Positions 36,365-45,696 of a DNA stretch of 64,000 nt are shown here, in pieces (the first letter of the stretch is position 1; each line of letters starts with the position of its first letter). A program made the position numbers and the translations under genes. Source of the stretch: an uncultured virus (IMG/VR IMGVR_UViG_3300012346_000469) (lineage: Duplodnaviria; Heunggongvirae; Uroviricota; Caudoviricetes); IMG/VR virus record IMGVR_UViG_3300012346_000469; one strand, 5' to 3'. Below the pieces are notes generated by a model that saw only the letters and a list, made by a program, of their open reading frames with translations, was not told the origin of the DNA and ran no database searches.

Positions 36365-39300
36365 ATGGGATTATTTGACTTTTTGGGAATGTCGGATGAC
36401 TACACCGACAGCCACCCACAGCTTGGGTTCGATCAGGCAAAGTTGGACGCGCTCCTCAAGAAATCCCCCGGCGTGGGGCGGTTGACTGGCCAAATTTTGG
36501 CGCAAGGCACGTACGACAAGTGGACCGGCCAAGGTTTTGGCTCGGTGTACAACACTGCCCGCGACATGGCGACGAAACTGCACAACGCAGGCATCACGCG
36601 CCTTGAAGACTTTGGCCAGCGCCAAGTTATTGGTGACGAATTTTTTAACCAAGGCGTGCCGCAGTACGAGTATTACAACAAGGCGACCGGCCAAGCCATC
36701 GACTCCGGTTATGGCACGGGCCCAAATACGTGGGGTGGAACCTACCGCGGGGACGGCAGCACTGCGTACCATGTAGCGTTCAATGAGTTGGGCATGCCCG
36801 TCTTCTCCGCGCAGTACGGCGGGGATACAAGTGACTGGGGGGCGGTGGACATGATCGCCACGGTAGCCAGCATCATTCCCTCCCCAGTACAGCCCTTTGC
36901 CCAAGCGTACAAGGCCGTTCGCGCATACGAGCAGGGGAACACCACGGGCGCTATCATCAACGCGCTTGGTTCCGCGTACTCGTTTGGCCAAGAATACAGC
37001 ACGCTGGACCCAAAATCGGTCGATTACGTCAACCAGATGGACGCCGCCAGTGATGTGGCGTCCGGCTCCACATCTATGGTGTCCAATGGCGCTAATTGGC
37101 TGGCGCAAAACGCTGGGAACATCCGTACCGCGCAGCAGGCTGTCGGCGTCCTTAACGCACTCAGCAACCGCGATCTGGCGGGCATCATCGCCGGCCTGAC
37201 GAGCCTTGGCCCACAAATTGGCGTCACCGTTCCAGCGGAACTCGTCAAACCTATTCAAGTTGCGGCAATCGGGTCTGCAATGGACCGCGGGGACTGGGCT
37301 GGCGCGTCTATGATTGCGGGCAGCCTGCTGCGCAGCCCGGACCTAACGCTGGCATCCAAAGCCGCGTACCTTGCGCGCGCCGTGGAATCCGGCAACCCTG
37401 TCAGCATGCTGAACGCTGCGGTGGACATGCAGAAAACGTACGGGGTGGTGCAGGCTGCATCACTTCAGGAGGCTGCGCGCGCCGCAGGCCTTCCCATGAG
37501 CGCAGCTGACGCGCAACGGATCATCGACAGCCCGGACTACAAAAAAGACATCTCACTGCAAAACTCTGTGTACAAAAAAGCGCAGGAAACTTACGCAGCG
37601 GAGAACGACGGCGCACAGCTCCCACCAGAGTTTTTCCAACAGCACAATCTGGCTGATGTTGTCAAAGCCGCTGACGACATGTACACCACGTTGCCAGAGG
37701 CCAAGTCACTGTGGACCAAGCAGTTAGGATACGCGCCTTCCGAGTTTGACTTGATGGAGCTGCAAGGGTTGCATGCGTCGGACGTTCAGAGCGTGATCGA
37801 CAACAAATCCAGCACCACCTTTGAAGAGGCTGAAACCTTCTTGAAAGACCTCTACGGAGATCGCTACCAGCCAACGCAGGACGAGATCATCAGCCTGATG
37901 GGGCTGAAAGAGAACGACGCCCAGAAACAGGCGCAGCAATTTGTGGACATGCGAAAATCCACTTTTGACGGCGGGGAGTACGCATCGCAAGCTGAAGCTC
38001 AAACCGCAGCGATTGCAAATGGGTACAGTGAGTACACGTGGGATGGGAAATCCCATACCCTATTGACGCCAGAGCAGGGCGAAAAACTCAAATCCCACGT
38101 CGCCTCCGGGAAAGATGTTGGGGTTAACCCCACAATGCTGGACCCAGGCGCTGGTGCAACGCTGGAGCAGCAGCTCGCCGCAGCGGGCAACCCAGAGGAG
38201 TATGCGTACCAGCAGGGCGACACCATCGTTGTAGTTTCCAAGCGCATGGACCTGCCCAACCCAGAGAACCTTGAGGACTGGGCCGCCTTCAAAAAGGAGA
38301 AGGAGGAGCTTGGCGGGGACAACTTCCAAAGCTGGCTCACTGAGAAATTCACGATCTTGGAGGCCGCCATGAAGGGCGCGCCACCAGACAGCATCGCCCA
38401 AACGTTCGCCAGTGGCGCCATGTGGGGTTACGGAAAAATTGCCAGCCTTGCTGAAACTTGGATGCGCGCGGGAGAAGCTGCGGGCATGGACCCCAACACC
38501 GCGGGGCTGCGGGTATCGCGCCAAATCCAAAACTGGAGCCAGAAGCTCGTTGACCAAGGCATCCAAAACGCGGAGTCCGCGGTGGCTGCCAACATTGCGG
38601 CCGTGACCAAAGAGTCTATTGCCGCGGCGACCGGTGTCACCCCCGCCGAGGTCTCAGATTGGCAGCTATACGGCGCCAAAGGTATGGCGCTCATGCGCCA
38701 GATGAAAGACAACCCGCTGGGCGTCGGATTGGTTGTTGCTGGTGAGGGCGCTCAAGAAGTGCCTAACCTAGCGATTGCTGGCGGGCTCGGAAAAGTCTTC
38801 TCCTTGATTGCCGGGAAAACAGTCGGGTTTGCTGCAGCCATGGGCACTGATATGGCGCTCAACGGCGGCGAGTCTTTTGGGGGCAACTACGGCGAAGTCA
38901 AAGACTACCTGATGAAGCGCGGCGTTTCTGAGGAAAAAGCAAACGCAGTTGCCATGCAGTCTGGGTTTGAAGCCATGGGCGTGTCTATGCTGACCGCCTA
39001 CGCGGGTGATCGCGCGCTGGTTAAGGCATTCATGGGGGACGTCGCTAAGGACTCGTTTGCTCGGGTCGTTGTTGCCAACTCCACGAAGGAGTGGGTCCTC
39101 GGCAACGTAGAAGGCTACCTGCAGAACGCTAGCGCGCAGATCGGCAAGTACGGCGAATTCAAGTCCCAAGATGAGGCCATGAACGCCGGCATCATGGAGG
39201 GGCTTGCGCAAAAAGGCATCGCTGCGGGGGTGCTGACCGCCGACCAGCTGAGTAACATCATTGTCGGGCAAGATGTTGACGGCAACAACGTCACATACCA

Positions 39301-42184
39301 AGATGTCATCACGGGCAAGTCGACATTCGACCCCGCCACCCTAGACAAGAGCGTTACGTTTGGCGCGGGCTTAAGCCTCGGGGATGCGATCGGCTACCAC
39401 TCCACGTTCATGTCTGACCCAGACATTACGCCTGACGAGTATTTTGCGACTGTGCAGGCCATGCACGATCTGGGGGTGGACAACTACACAGTGGATGACA
39501 TCGCATCAGTTGTGAGTGGCGAAAAAGAATGGAGCGCTGACCAGATCAAGGCCCGCGTTGACAGCGCAACTTTGGACCCATCAGAAGCTGCTGCGCTGCT
39601 GCAAGACCAAGGCATTACCGACCCAACCCCAGAGCAAATTGCGCAGTTCGTTGGGGTTGGAAACATCACGCAGCGCCGCAGTGATGCCTCCCGGTATGCC
39701 GACGCGCAGACAACGTCTGAGGCTGAGGCCCGCCTATTCTTTAAAGCCAACGGCATCACGAACCCGACGCAAGAGCAGCTGGCCATGTTTGTTGGTGAGA
39801 AGCCCGATGCAGACCAGCGCGCGGCGATCAATGCCTACGCAGACCCGCTGACCACGACCGAGTCGGAGGCCCGCGCATTCTTCCGGGACATTGGCATCAC
39901 TGACCCGACGCCGGACCAGCTGGCCCAATTCGTTGGCTCCAACCCCGAGGCAGACGTAATCTCCACGATTACACGCGATTTCGGCGCCCCACCTGCGGAT
40001 ACCACGACTGGCGGCCAGGGTGCAGACACAACAGCTGGGGGTTCTGGAACCGACACTACGGCAGGCGGTCAAGGCACAGATACAACGACCGGCGGCGCTG
40101 GAACGGATACAACTGCTGGCGGGACTGGGGTTGACACGACCGGAGGAGGCCAGACCACTGACACCACAACTGGCGGCCAAGGAACGGACACCACAGCTGG
40201 CGGTACTGGGGCAGACACGTCTACCGGAGGAGCGGGCACAGACACAACCGGCGGGCAAGGAACCGACACGTCGGCTGGCGGGACTGGCCAAGACACAACA
40301 TCCGGCGGTACCGGCCTGGACACATCAACGGGCGGCCAAGATACAGATCAAATCACTGAGCAAGACATCATCGAGATTGTCAACGGCGCGCTCACGGCAC
40401 ACCCAGGCATTACCGAAGAACAGGTGCAATCCATCATCAATGATGCGCTGGCTTCCGATGACAGCGTGACTGCAGATGAAGTTCAAAACATTGTTGACAG
40501 CGCTGTGTCTTCCATCCCTGCGGGCCTTACTGAGTCCGCGGTTCAGAAGATCGTCAACGACGCCATTGCGGCAAATCCATCTTTGACCGAGGCGCAAGTA
40601 TCAAAGATTGTCAATGACGCAATGACGGCCAACCCTGGCATCACTGCTGCGGATGTTGCAAGCATCGTCAGCAATGCTGTTTCGGCAATTCCCGCAGGAG
40701 TAACTGAGTCGGCAGTCCAAAAGATTGTCAGTGATGCATTGGCTGCCAACCCGTCCTTGACGGAGTCACAAGTCCAAAAGCTCGTCAGCGATGCAATGGC
40801 AGCAAACCCTGGCATTACGGCCGCAGAGGTAGCAAACATTGTTGGCGGTGCGATCTCAAGCATTCCAGCCGGGGTTACGGAGTCGCAAGTTCAGTCCATT
40901 GTGGATACGGCTCTTGCCAACAATCCATCCCTGACGGAGTCGCAAGTTCAGACAATCGTCAATGACGCTCTTGCTGCAAACCCAGGCATTACGGCCACGG
41001 AAGTCACAAACATTGTCAACAATGCCGTGACCGCGGCTAACACGACAACGGCCGGTCAAATCTCCAATCTTTCGGAGCAGACGCAAGCCGCATTGAACGC
41101 ATTGACCGCGGACCAGAAAGCGCTCGTACAAACCCTGACCCAGCAGGGCGTAGACCTGAACACTGCGATCTCCACAGTGCAAGGGCAAGTGGAATCGCTG
41201 GCAACCAATGTCCAGCAGCAATACGACACGCTGACGCAGAACCAGAAAGCGATTGTCGATACGCTGACGCAGCAAGGTGTAGACCTGAGCGCCGCGATTG
41301 CTACCGCCCAGCAGCAGACGCAAAGCCAGATTGCCGGGCTGACCGCTGACACGCAGGCAAAGTTTGACGCCCTGACGCAAAACCAGAAAGACTTGGCCAC
41401 CCAGCTCACCCAGCAAGGTGTGGACATCAACACTGCGATTACTCAGGTGCAGCAGCAAACGCAGCAGCAGTTCACCGGGTTGGAGACGCGCGTCAACGAG
41501 CTGATGCAGCAGGGCCAAACGTACCAGCAGGCCACCCAGACCGCCATCAACGAGCTGACCAACCAGAACACGCAGCTGGCATCTCAGATCGGCACCCAGG
41601 GGCGCACAGCTTCGCAGCAAGACATCGACGCCTTGACCCAGATGCTCGGCGGCCAAAAGCCTGTTGACCTGAAATATGACGTTACCGGCGACAAGCAGAT
41701 CACGCAGGACGACATTGACTTTCTGACGCGCGTGATCAGTGGAACCAACCCCGATTGGCAGGCTCCAATTGATTCCGCCTGGGGCCCTACCGGTTTGTAC
41801 GGGCAGCTGGCCACCGCAGAAGCGCAACGCCAAGAAGACCTTCGCCTGCAAAGATTGCAAGATCAACAGGCGGAGCAGCTTCGTCTGCAAAAGGAGCAGG
41901 CTGATGCCGAGGCGGCAAGGGCGGCAAAAATTGGCAGCATCTTGAACCAAGGGCAGCAGACGTTGCAGTCGATTGCCGGGCAGCTTCCTGGCGCCGCCAA
42001 AGCAGCTGAGACAAGAATTGATCCAATCTACGGTGGAACAATGCAAGATTTCGACCTTGGAGCCCCGCTTGACGTTGGGTTCTTCGGCCCTCGCGGCAGC
42101 AATCAAGCTGGCCAAAACAAGCAACAGACGACTAAAATCGCAACTGGCGGGTATCTCGACGACCTGCTGGATTTACTTCGGTAA
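36365..42184 (+). CDS. 1939-aa putative internal virion/ejection protein with several repeat arrays
   Basis: long ORF after the tail genes; GGxGxD, ANPSLTESQV and Q-rich repeats; EF-hand-like loop. Confidence 0.75.
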   Translation: MGLFDFLGMSDDYTDSHPQLGFDQAKLDALLKKSPGVGRLTGQILAQGTYDKWTGQGFGSVYNTARDMATKLHNAGITRLEDFGQRQVIGDEFFNQGVPQYEYYNKATGQAIDSGYGTGPNTWGGTYRGDGSTAYHVAFNELGMPVFSAQYGGDTSDWGAVDMIATVASIIPSPVQPFAQAYKAVRAYEQGNTTGAIINALGSAYSFGQEYSTLDPKSVDYVNQMDAASDVASGSTSMVSNGANWLAQNAGNIRTAQQAVGVLNALSNRDLAGIIAGLTSLGPQIGVTVPAELVKPIQVAAIGSAMDRGDWAGASMIAGSLLRSPDLTLASKAAYLARAVESGNPVSMLNAAVDMQKTYGVVQAASLQEAARAAGLPMSAADAQRIIDSPDYKKDISLQNSVYKKAQETYAAENDGAQLPPEFFQQHNLADVVKAADDMYTTLPEAKSLWTKQLGYAPSEFDLMELQGLHASDVQSVIDNKSSTTFEEAETFLKDLYGDRYQPTQDEIISLMGLKENDAQKQAQQFVDMRKSTFDGGEYASQAEAQTAAIANGYSEYTWDGKSHTLLTPEQGEKLKSHVASGKDVGVNPTMLDPGAGATLEQQLAAAGNPEEYAYQQGDTIVVVSKRMDLPNPENLEDWAAFKKEKEELGGDNFQSWLTEKFTILEAAMKGAPPDSIAQTFASGAMWGYGKIASLAETWMRAGEAAGMDPNTAGLRVSRQIQNWSQKLVDQGIQNAESAVAANIAAVTKESIAAATGVTPAEVSDWQLYGAKGMALMRQMKDNPLGVGLVVAGEGAQEVPNLAIAGGLGKVFSLIAGKTVGFAAAMGTDMALNGGESFGGNYGEVKDYLMKRGVSEEKANAVAMQSGFEAMGVSMLTAYAGDRALVKAFMGDVAKDSFARVVVANSTKEWVLGNVEGYLQNASAQIGKYGEFKSQDEAMNAGIMEGLAQKGIAAGVLTADQLSNIIVGQDVDGNNVTYQDVITGKSTFDPATLDKSVTFGAGLSLGDAIGYHSTFMSDPDITPDEYFATVQAMHDLGVDNYTVDDIASVVSGEKEWSADQIKARVDSATLDPSEAAALLQDQGITDPTPEQIAQFVGVGNITQRRSDASRYADAQTTSEAEARLFFKANGITNPTQEQLAMFVGEKPDADQRAAINAYADPLTTTESEARAFFRDIGITDPTPDQLAQFVGSNPEADVISTITRDFGAPPADTTTGGQGADTTAGGSGTDTTAGGQGTDTTTGGAGTDTTAGGTGVDTTGGGQTTDTTTGGQGTDTTAGGTGADTSTGGAGTDTTGGQGTDTSAGGTGQDTTSGGTGLDTSTGGQDTDQITEQDIIEIVNGALTAHPGITEEQVQSIINDALASDDSVTADEVQNIVDSAVSSIPAGLTESAVQKIVNDAIAANPSLTEAQVSKIVNDAMTANPGITAADVASIVSNAVSAIPAGVTESAVQKIVSDALAANPSLTESQVQKLVSDAMAANPGITAAEVANIVGGAISSIPAGVTESQVQSIVDTALANNPSLTESQVQTIVNDALAANPGITATEVTNIVNNAVTAANTTTAGQISNLSEQTQAALNALTADQKALVQTLTQQGVDLNTAISTVQGQVESLATNVQQQYDTLTQNQKAIVDTLTQQGVDLSAAIATAQQQTQSQIAGLTADTQAKFDALTQNQKDLATQLTQQGVDINTAITQVQQQTQQQFTGLETRVNELMQQGQTYQQATQTAINELTNQNTQLASQIGTQGRTASQQDIDALTQMLGGQKPVDLKYDVTGDKQITQDDIDFLTRVISGTNPDWQAPIDSAWGPTGLYGQLATAEAQRQEDLRLQRLQDQQAEQLRLQKEQADAEAARAAKIGSILNQGQQTLQSIAGQLPGAAKAAETRIDPIYGGTMQDFDLGAPLDVGFFGPRGSNQAGQNKQQTTKIATGGYLDDLLDLLR
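40010..40348 (+). repeat. 13 GGxGxDTTx-type nonapeptide repeats (RTX-like)
   Basis: translation of 36365..42184. Confidence 0.85.
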
Positions 42185-42195
42185 AGGAGATCGAG

Positions 42196-44106
42196 ATGGC
42201 TTTTGATGACAACGGATGGTGGGTTCCTGATACCGAGGGCGATCAGGAATTTATGGACTTTATGAGTGGCGCTGCAGGCGACCAAGAGTTCAATGATTTC
42301 ATGGCTGGCGCAGCCGGGGATCAAGAATTTATGGACTTCATGACGCAGGCCGCAGAAGCAGACCAATCAACAGGCATTGGCGACTTCATTAAAAGTGCAA
42401 CCTCCGTTCTTGGAGGTGGCGCAAAAGACTTCCTGAAAAAATACCTGTACGACCCCACCACTGGAAAAGCAAACCTGGCCGGGCTTGGTACAGCGGCCGC
42501 AGCCTTGTACAGCCTGAGTCGAGACAAAGACTCCGGAGGCTACAACAAGCCTGTTCCAAAGATGGACATGGTGCGCGAGCAAGTTCAGTTCAACGATCCA
42601 AATCGTCAGCCAGGATCAACCGGCCGCCAGTATTTCACCGACCCACGCTTTGTTGCGCAAGGCGATGCTGCTGCACTTGAGGCCGCAAAGACCGCGTCTG
42701 CGGATCAGGCCGCCGGGATTAAGTCGCTTCAAACGGCGGCGCCCGCTCCGGCTGCAAACCCATGGGCCGGAAAAATGAATCTGGCTGCATTGAAACCAGC
42801 TCCAGCGCCCGTGCCGCAACAAGCAGCAGGCGCTCTTCCATCTATTCCGCAAGCAACAGAGGCAAATGCTATGGCTCATGGCGGCATCGCAGAACTGGCC
42901 AAAGGCGGCCGATATTTGGCCGGCAAGACCGACGGCATGGCTGACAAAATCCCAAGCAGCATCGATGGCCAGCAGCCCGCAAAGCTGAGCCATGGTGAGT
43001 TTGTTATCCCGGCTGATGTGGTGAGCCACCTTGGCAATGGCAACTCCGAAGCTGGCGCAGGCAAGCTGTACGAGATGATGGCTCGTGTCCGCAAGGCGCG
43101 CACCGGCAACCCAGAGCAGGGCAAAAAGATCAACCCCAACAACTTCATGCCTGGCGGATTGGCCTCTATCAAGACTTACGCTGGCGGCGGTGAGGTCTTG
43201 GGTTTTGACGGCACAGGCACGGCTGGCAGTTCGGTTCCTGCCGCATCCGGCGTGCCTTTGGACACATCCAAAACATCCACTCTGTCTCCATGGGTTGGCG
43301 ATTACGTGACCAACGCACTTGGCCAAGCCTCTGCTTTGGCAGCGGCACCTTACCAAGCCTATCAAGGACCACTGACGGCCGGACCGTCTAATCTTCAGCA
43401 GCAAGCATTTGCCGGTGCAAGTGAGATGACTCAGGCTGGATACACGCCCGGTCAGTTCACGACTGGCACGTTTGACGCTGGTGCTGCTCAGCAGTACATG
43501 AATCCGTACTTGAGCGCTGCTCTGGACCCTCAGCTCAAAGAGTTGCAACGCCAGAACCAGATTGCCAACATGACAAATGCCGGTCAACTGACCAAGGCCG
43601 GTGCGTATGGCGGCTCTCGTCAGGCGATCATGAACGCTGAGAACCAGCGCAACATGCTGGACAAAACGAATACCCTGGTCAGCCAAGGCTACAACACTGC
43701 GTACGACAAGGCCATGGCCCAGTACAACGCAGATCAAGGCCGCCAGATGGACGTTCAGAAGTCGAACGAAGCATCGCGTCAATACGGCGCCGACTTTGGC
43801 CTGAAGTCACTCAACGAGCTGTCCACATTGGGCGCAACGCAGCGCGGCATCGAATCCGAAGGTTTGGCTGCCGACAAAGCTCAGTTTGAAGAGCAGCGCG
43901 ACTGGGCATACAAGATGCCTCAGTACCAGCTCAACATGCTGTCCAACCTGCCGATCGGCGCGAGCACAACGTCATCCGATCAGACTGGAATTAACTCAAT
44001 TCTGTCGAACATTTCTGGACTTGGTTCCCTTTACAAGCAGTTGGCCGGTCTTGGACAGGCGCCAACTTCGAGCACATCCACAACTACAACCGGCACCGGG
44101 GGCTGA
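42196..44106 (+). CDS. internal virion (DNA ejection / pilot-like) protein
   Basis: YMNPY, GAYGGSRQ and LS.GEFVIPADVVS motifs; three N-terminal GDQEF.DFM repeats. Confidence 0.75.
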   Translation: MAFDDNGWWVPDTEGDQEFMDFMSGAAGDQEFNDFMAGAAGDQEFMDFMTQAAEADQSTGIGDFIKSATSVLGGGAKDFLKKYLYDPTTGKANLAGLGTAAAALYSLSRDKDSGGYNKPVPKMDMVREQVQFNDPNRQPGSTGRQYFTDPRFVAQGDAAALEAAKTASADQAAGIKSLQTAAPAPAANPWAGKMNLAALKPAPAPVPQQAAGALPSIPQATEANAMAHGGIAELAKGGRYLAGKTDGMADKIPSSIDGQQPAKLSHGEFVIPADVVSHLGNGNSEAGAGKLYEMMARVRKARTGNPEQGKKINPNNFMPGGLASIKTYAGGGEVLGFDGTGTAGSSVPAASGVPLDTSKTSTLSPWVGDYVTNALGQASALAAAPYQAYQGPLTAGPSNLQQQAFAGASEMTQAGYTPGQFTTGTFDAGAAQQYMNPYLSAALDPQLKELQRQNQIANMTNAGQLTKAGAYGGSRQAIMNAENQRNMLDKTNTLVSQGYNTAYDKAMAQYNADQGRQMDVQKSNEASRQYGADFGLKSLNELSTLGATQRGIESEGLAADKAQFEEQRDWAYKMPQYQLNMLSNLPIGASTTSSDQTGINSILSNISGLGSLYKQLAGLGQAPTSSTSTTTTGTGG

Positions 44107-44109
44107 TAA

Positions 44110-45687
44110 ATGAATCTCGTACAAATCAATGAGCGCCTGAAAGAGATGCCTTTGCAGGCGATTCAGCAGTACGCCAACGGCACAAACCCAGAGGTTCCGC
44201 CTTATCTGGCGCTCGGTGAAATTCAGCGACGCGAGAAACTCAAGCAGCAGATGGCGACCCAGGGCGGCCAGCAGGGCCCGCAGCCCAGCGTCAAAGAGCA
44301 GATCGAGCAGAAGGCTGGCCTCATGGGTCTGCAACAGGCGCAGATGCAGCAGCAACAGCAGCAGATGATGCAGCCCAAGTCTGCCGGCCCCGCCCCAATG
44401 GGCACACCGCAACCAGAGCCCCAGCCGCAGCCAGAGCCAGAAATGGCCATGATGGCTTCTGGTGGCGTGGCCAGCCTGCCTGTTCGTCGCGACATGTACG
44501 ACTTTGCCGGCGGCGGCATCATCGCCTTTGAAGAGGGTGGCCAGCCACCTCAAGTGATCACCATTCCCCGAGGTGCATCTGATGAGGAAATCGATCGCAT
44601 TCGACGCGAAAACCCTGATGCAATCTTGCGGCCAGAAGCCGACGCAAGTCCGCAACCCCAAGCGCCCCAGGCTCAGCCTGCCGTGGCTCCTCGTCCAGTT
44701 CAGAAGCCGGTGCAGCCAGGCATGCCCCAGCGCTCGCCTTTGATGGATCAAGCTATTGCTGCTGCGTCTGAGACGGCTGAAAAGCCAACCGCCGAAAGCG
44801 TGAATGCTGGCATTGCCGGCCTTCTGCCACCTGAGCTGCAAGATGCAGCCCGCAAAAAGCGCGCCGAAGAAGCTCAGGCTCGCATGGCTGAATCCCAAAA
44901 GGCATATGAATCTTCCAAGCCGAGCGGCCTGGATAACCTGATCCGAACGTTTGGCCAAGCTGGCCAGTACAAAGGCCTGTCTGGCCTTGGCCCAGCCTAC
45001 ACGCAAGCCCAAGACCAGCAGCGCGCCCGTGATGCAGCCTTCCGCAAAGAGCAGGAAACCATGCGTTCTGGTGCAGAAAAGCAGCAACTTGAAGAGGCAG
45101 CAGGCCTGTTTGGCGCTCGCTCCAAACAATACGCCAGCGAGATGGAAGGGTATCGTCGTGAGCTGGCAAGCCGCAAGGAAGCCTTGGCAAGCATTGCTGG
45201 TGCAGATCAACGCGCCATTGATGCTGCCTTGGGTCGCATGAATGACGCCGAGCTGACAAAGCTGAAAATTGCCGCTGACAAAGCCAATGCATTGCGCCCA
45301 GGCGAAGGCATGCAAGTGACTGCTCAAATCCTAAAGCTGCGCGCAGAAGGCAAGAACAAAGAAGCTGATGCCTTGCTGGAAACTTTCACCCAAGTGAAGT
45401 CCGTTGGTGTGGCTGGCGTTGGTTCGGAGCGAAACGCAATCCAACAGAAGCGCCTGCAGTTGCAATCCTGGAAAGACATTCGCGAAAACGGCGAAACTGA
45501 TGCCGAGCGCAAAGAGGCGGCTCAAAAGATTTTGCAGATCACTCGCGATATTCAAAAACTTGAATCTGGTGAGGATGTGGCGCCATCCATGACAATGGAT
45601 GATGTGCGCGCAACGGCCAAATCTAGTGGAAAATCAGAGGCCGAAGTCATCGCTGCAGCAAAAGCTCGCGGCTACACCATCAAGTAA
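44110..45687 (+). CDS. internal virion protein
   Basis: helical, Q/A-rich; MASGG, FAGGG and FEEGG motifs. Confidence 0.7.
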   Translation: MNLVQINERLKEMPLQAIQQYANGTNPEVPPYLALGEIQRREKLKQQMATQGGQQGPQPSVKEQIEQKAGLMGLQQAQMQQQQQQMMQPKSAGPAPMGTPQPEPQPQPEPEMAMMASGGVASLPVRRDMYDFAGGGIIAFEEGGQPPQVITIPRGASDEEIDRIRRENPDAILRPEADASPQPQAPQAQPAVAPRPVQKPVQPGMPQRSPLMDQAIAAASETAEKPTAESVNAGIAGLLPPELQDAARKKRAEEAQARMAESQKAYESSKPSGLDNLIRTFGQAGQYKGLSGLGPAYTQAQDQQRARDAAFRKEQETMRSGAEKQQLEEAAGLFGARSKQYASEMEGYRRELASRKEALASIAGADQRAIDAALGRMNDAELTKLKIAADKANALRPGEGMQVTAQILKLRAEGKNKEADALLETFTQVKSVGVAGVGSERNAIQQKRLQLQSWKDIRENGETDAERKEAAQKILQITRDIQKLESGEDVAPSMTMDDVRATAKSSGKSEAEVIAAAKARGYTIK

Positions 45688-45696
45688 GGAGAAATC

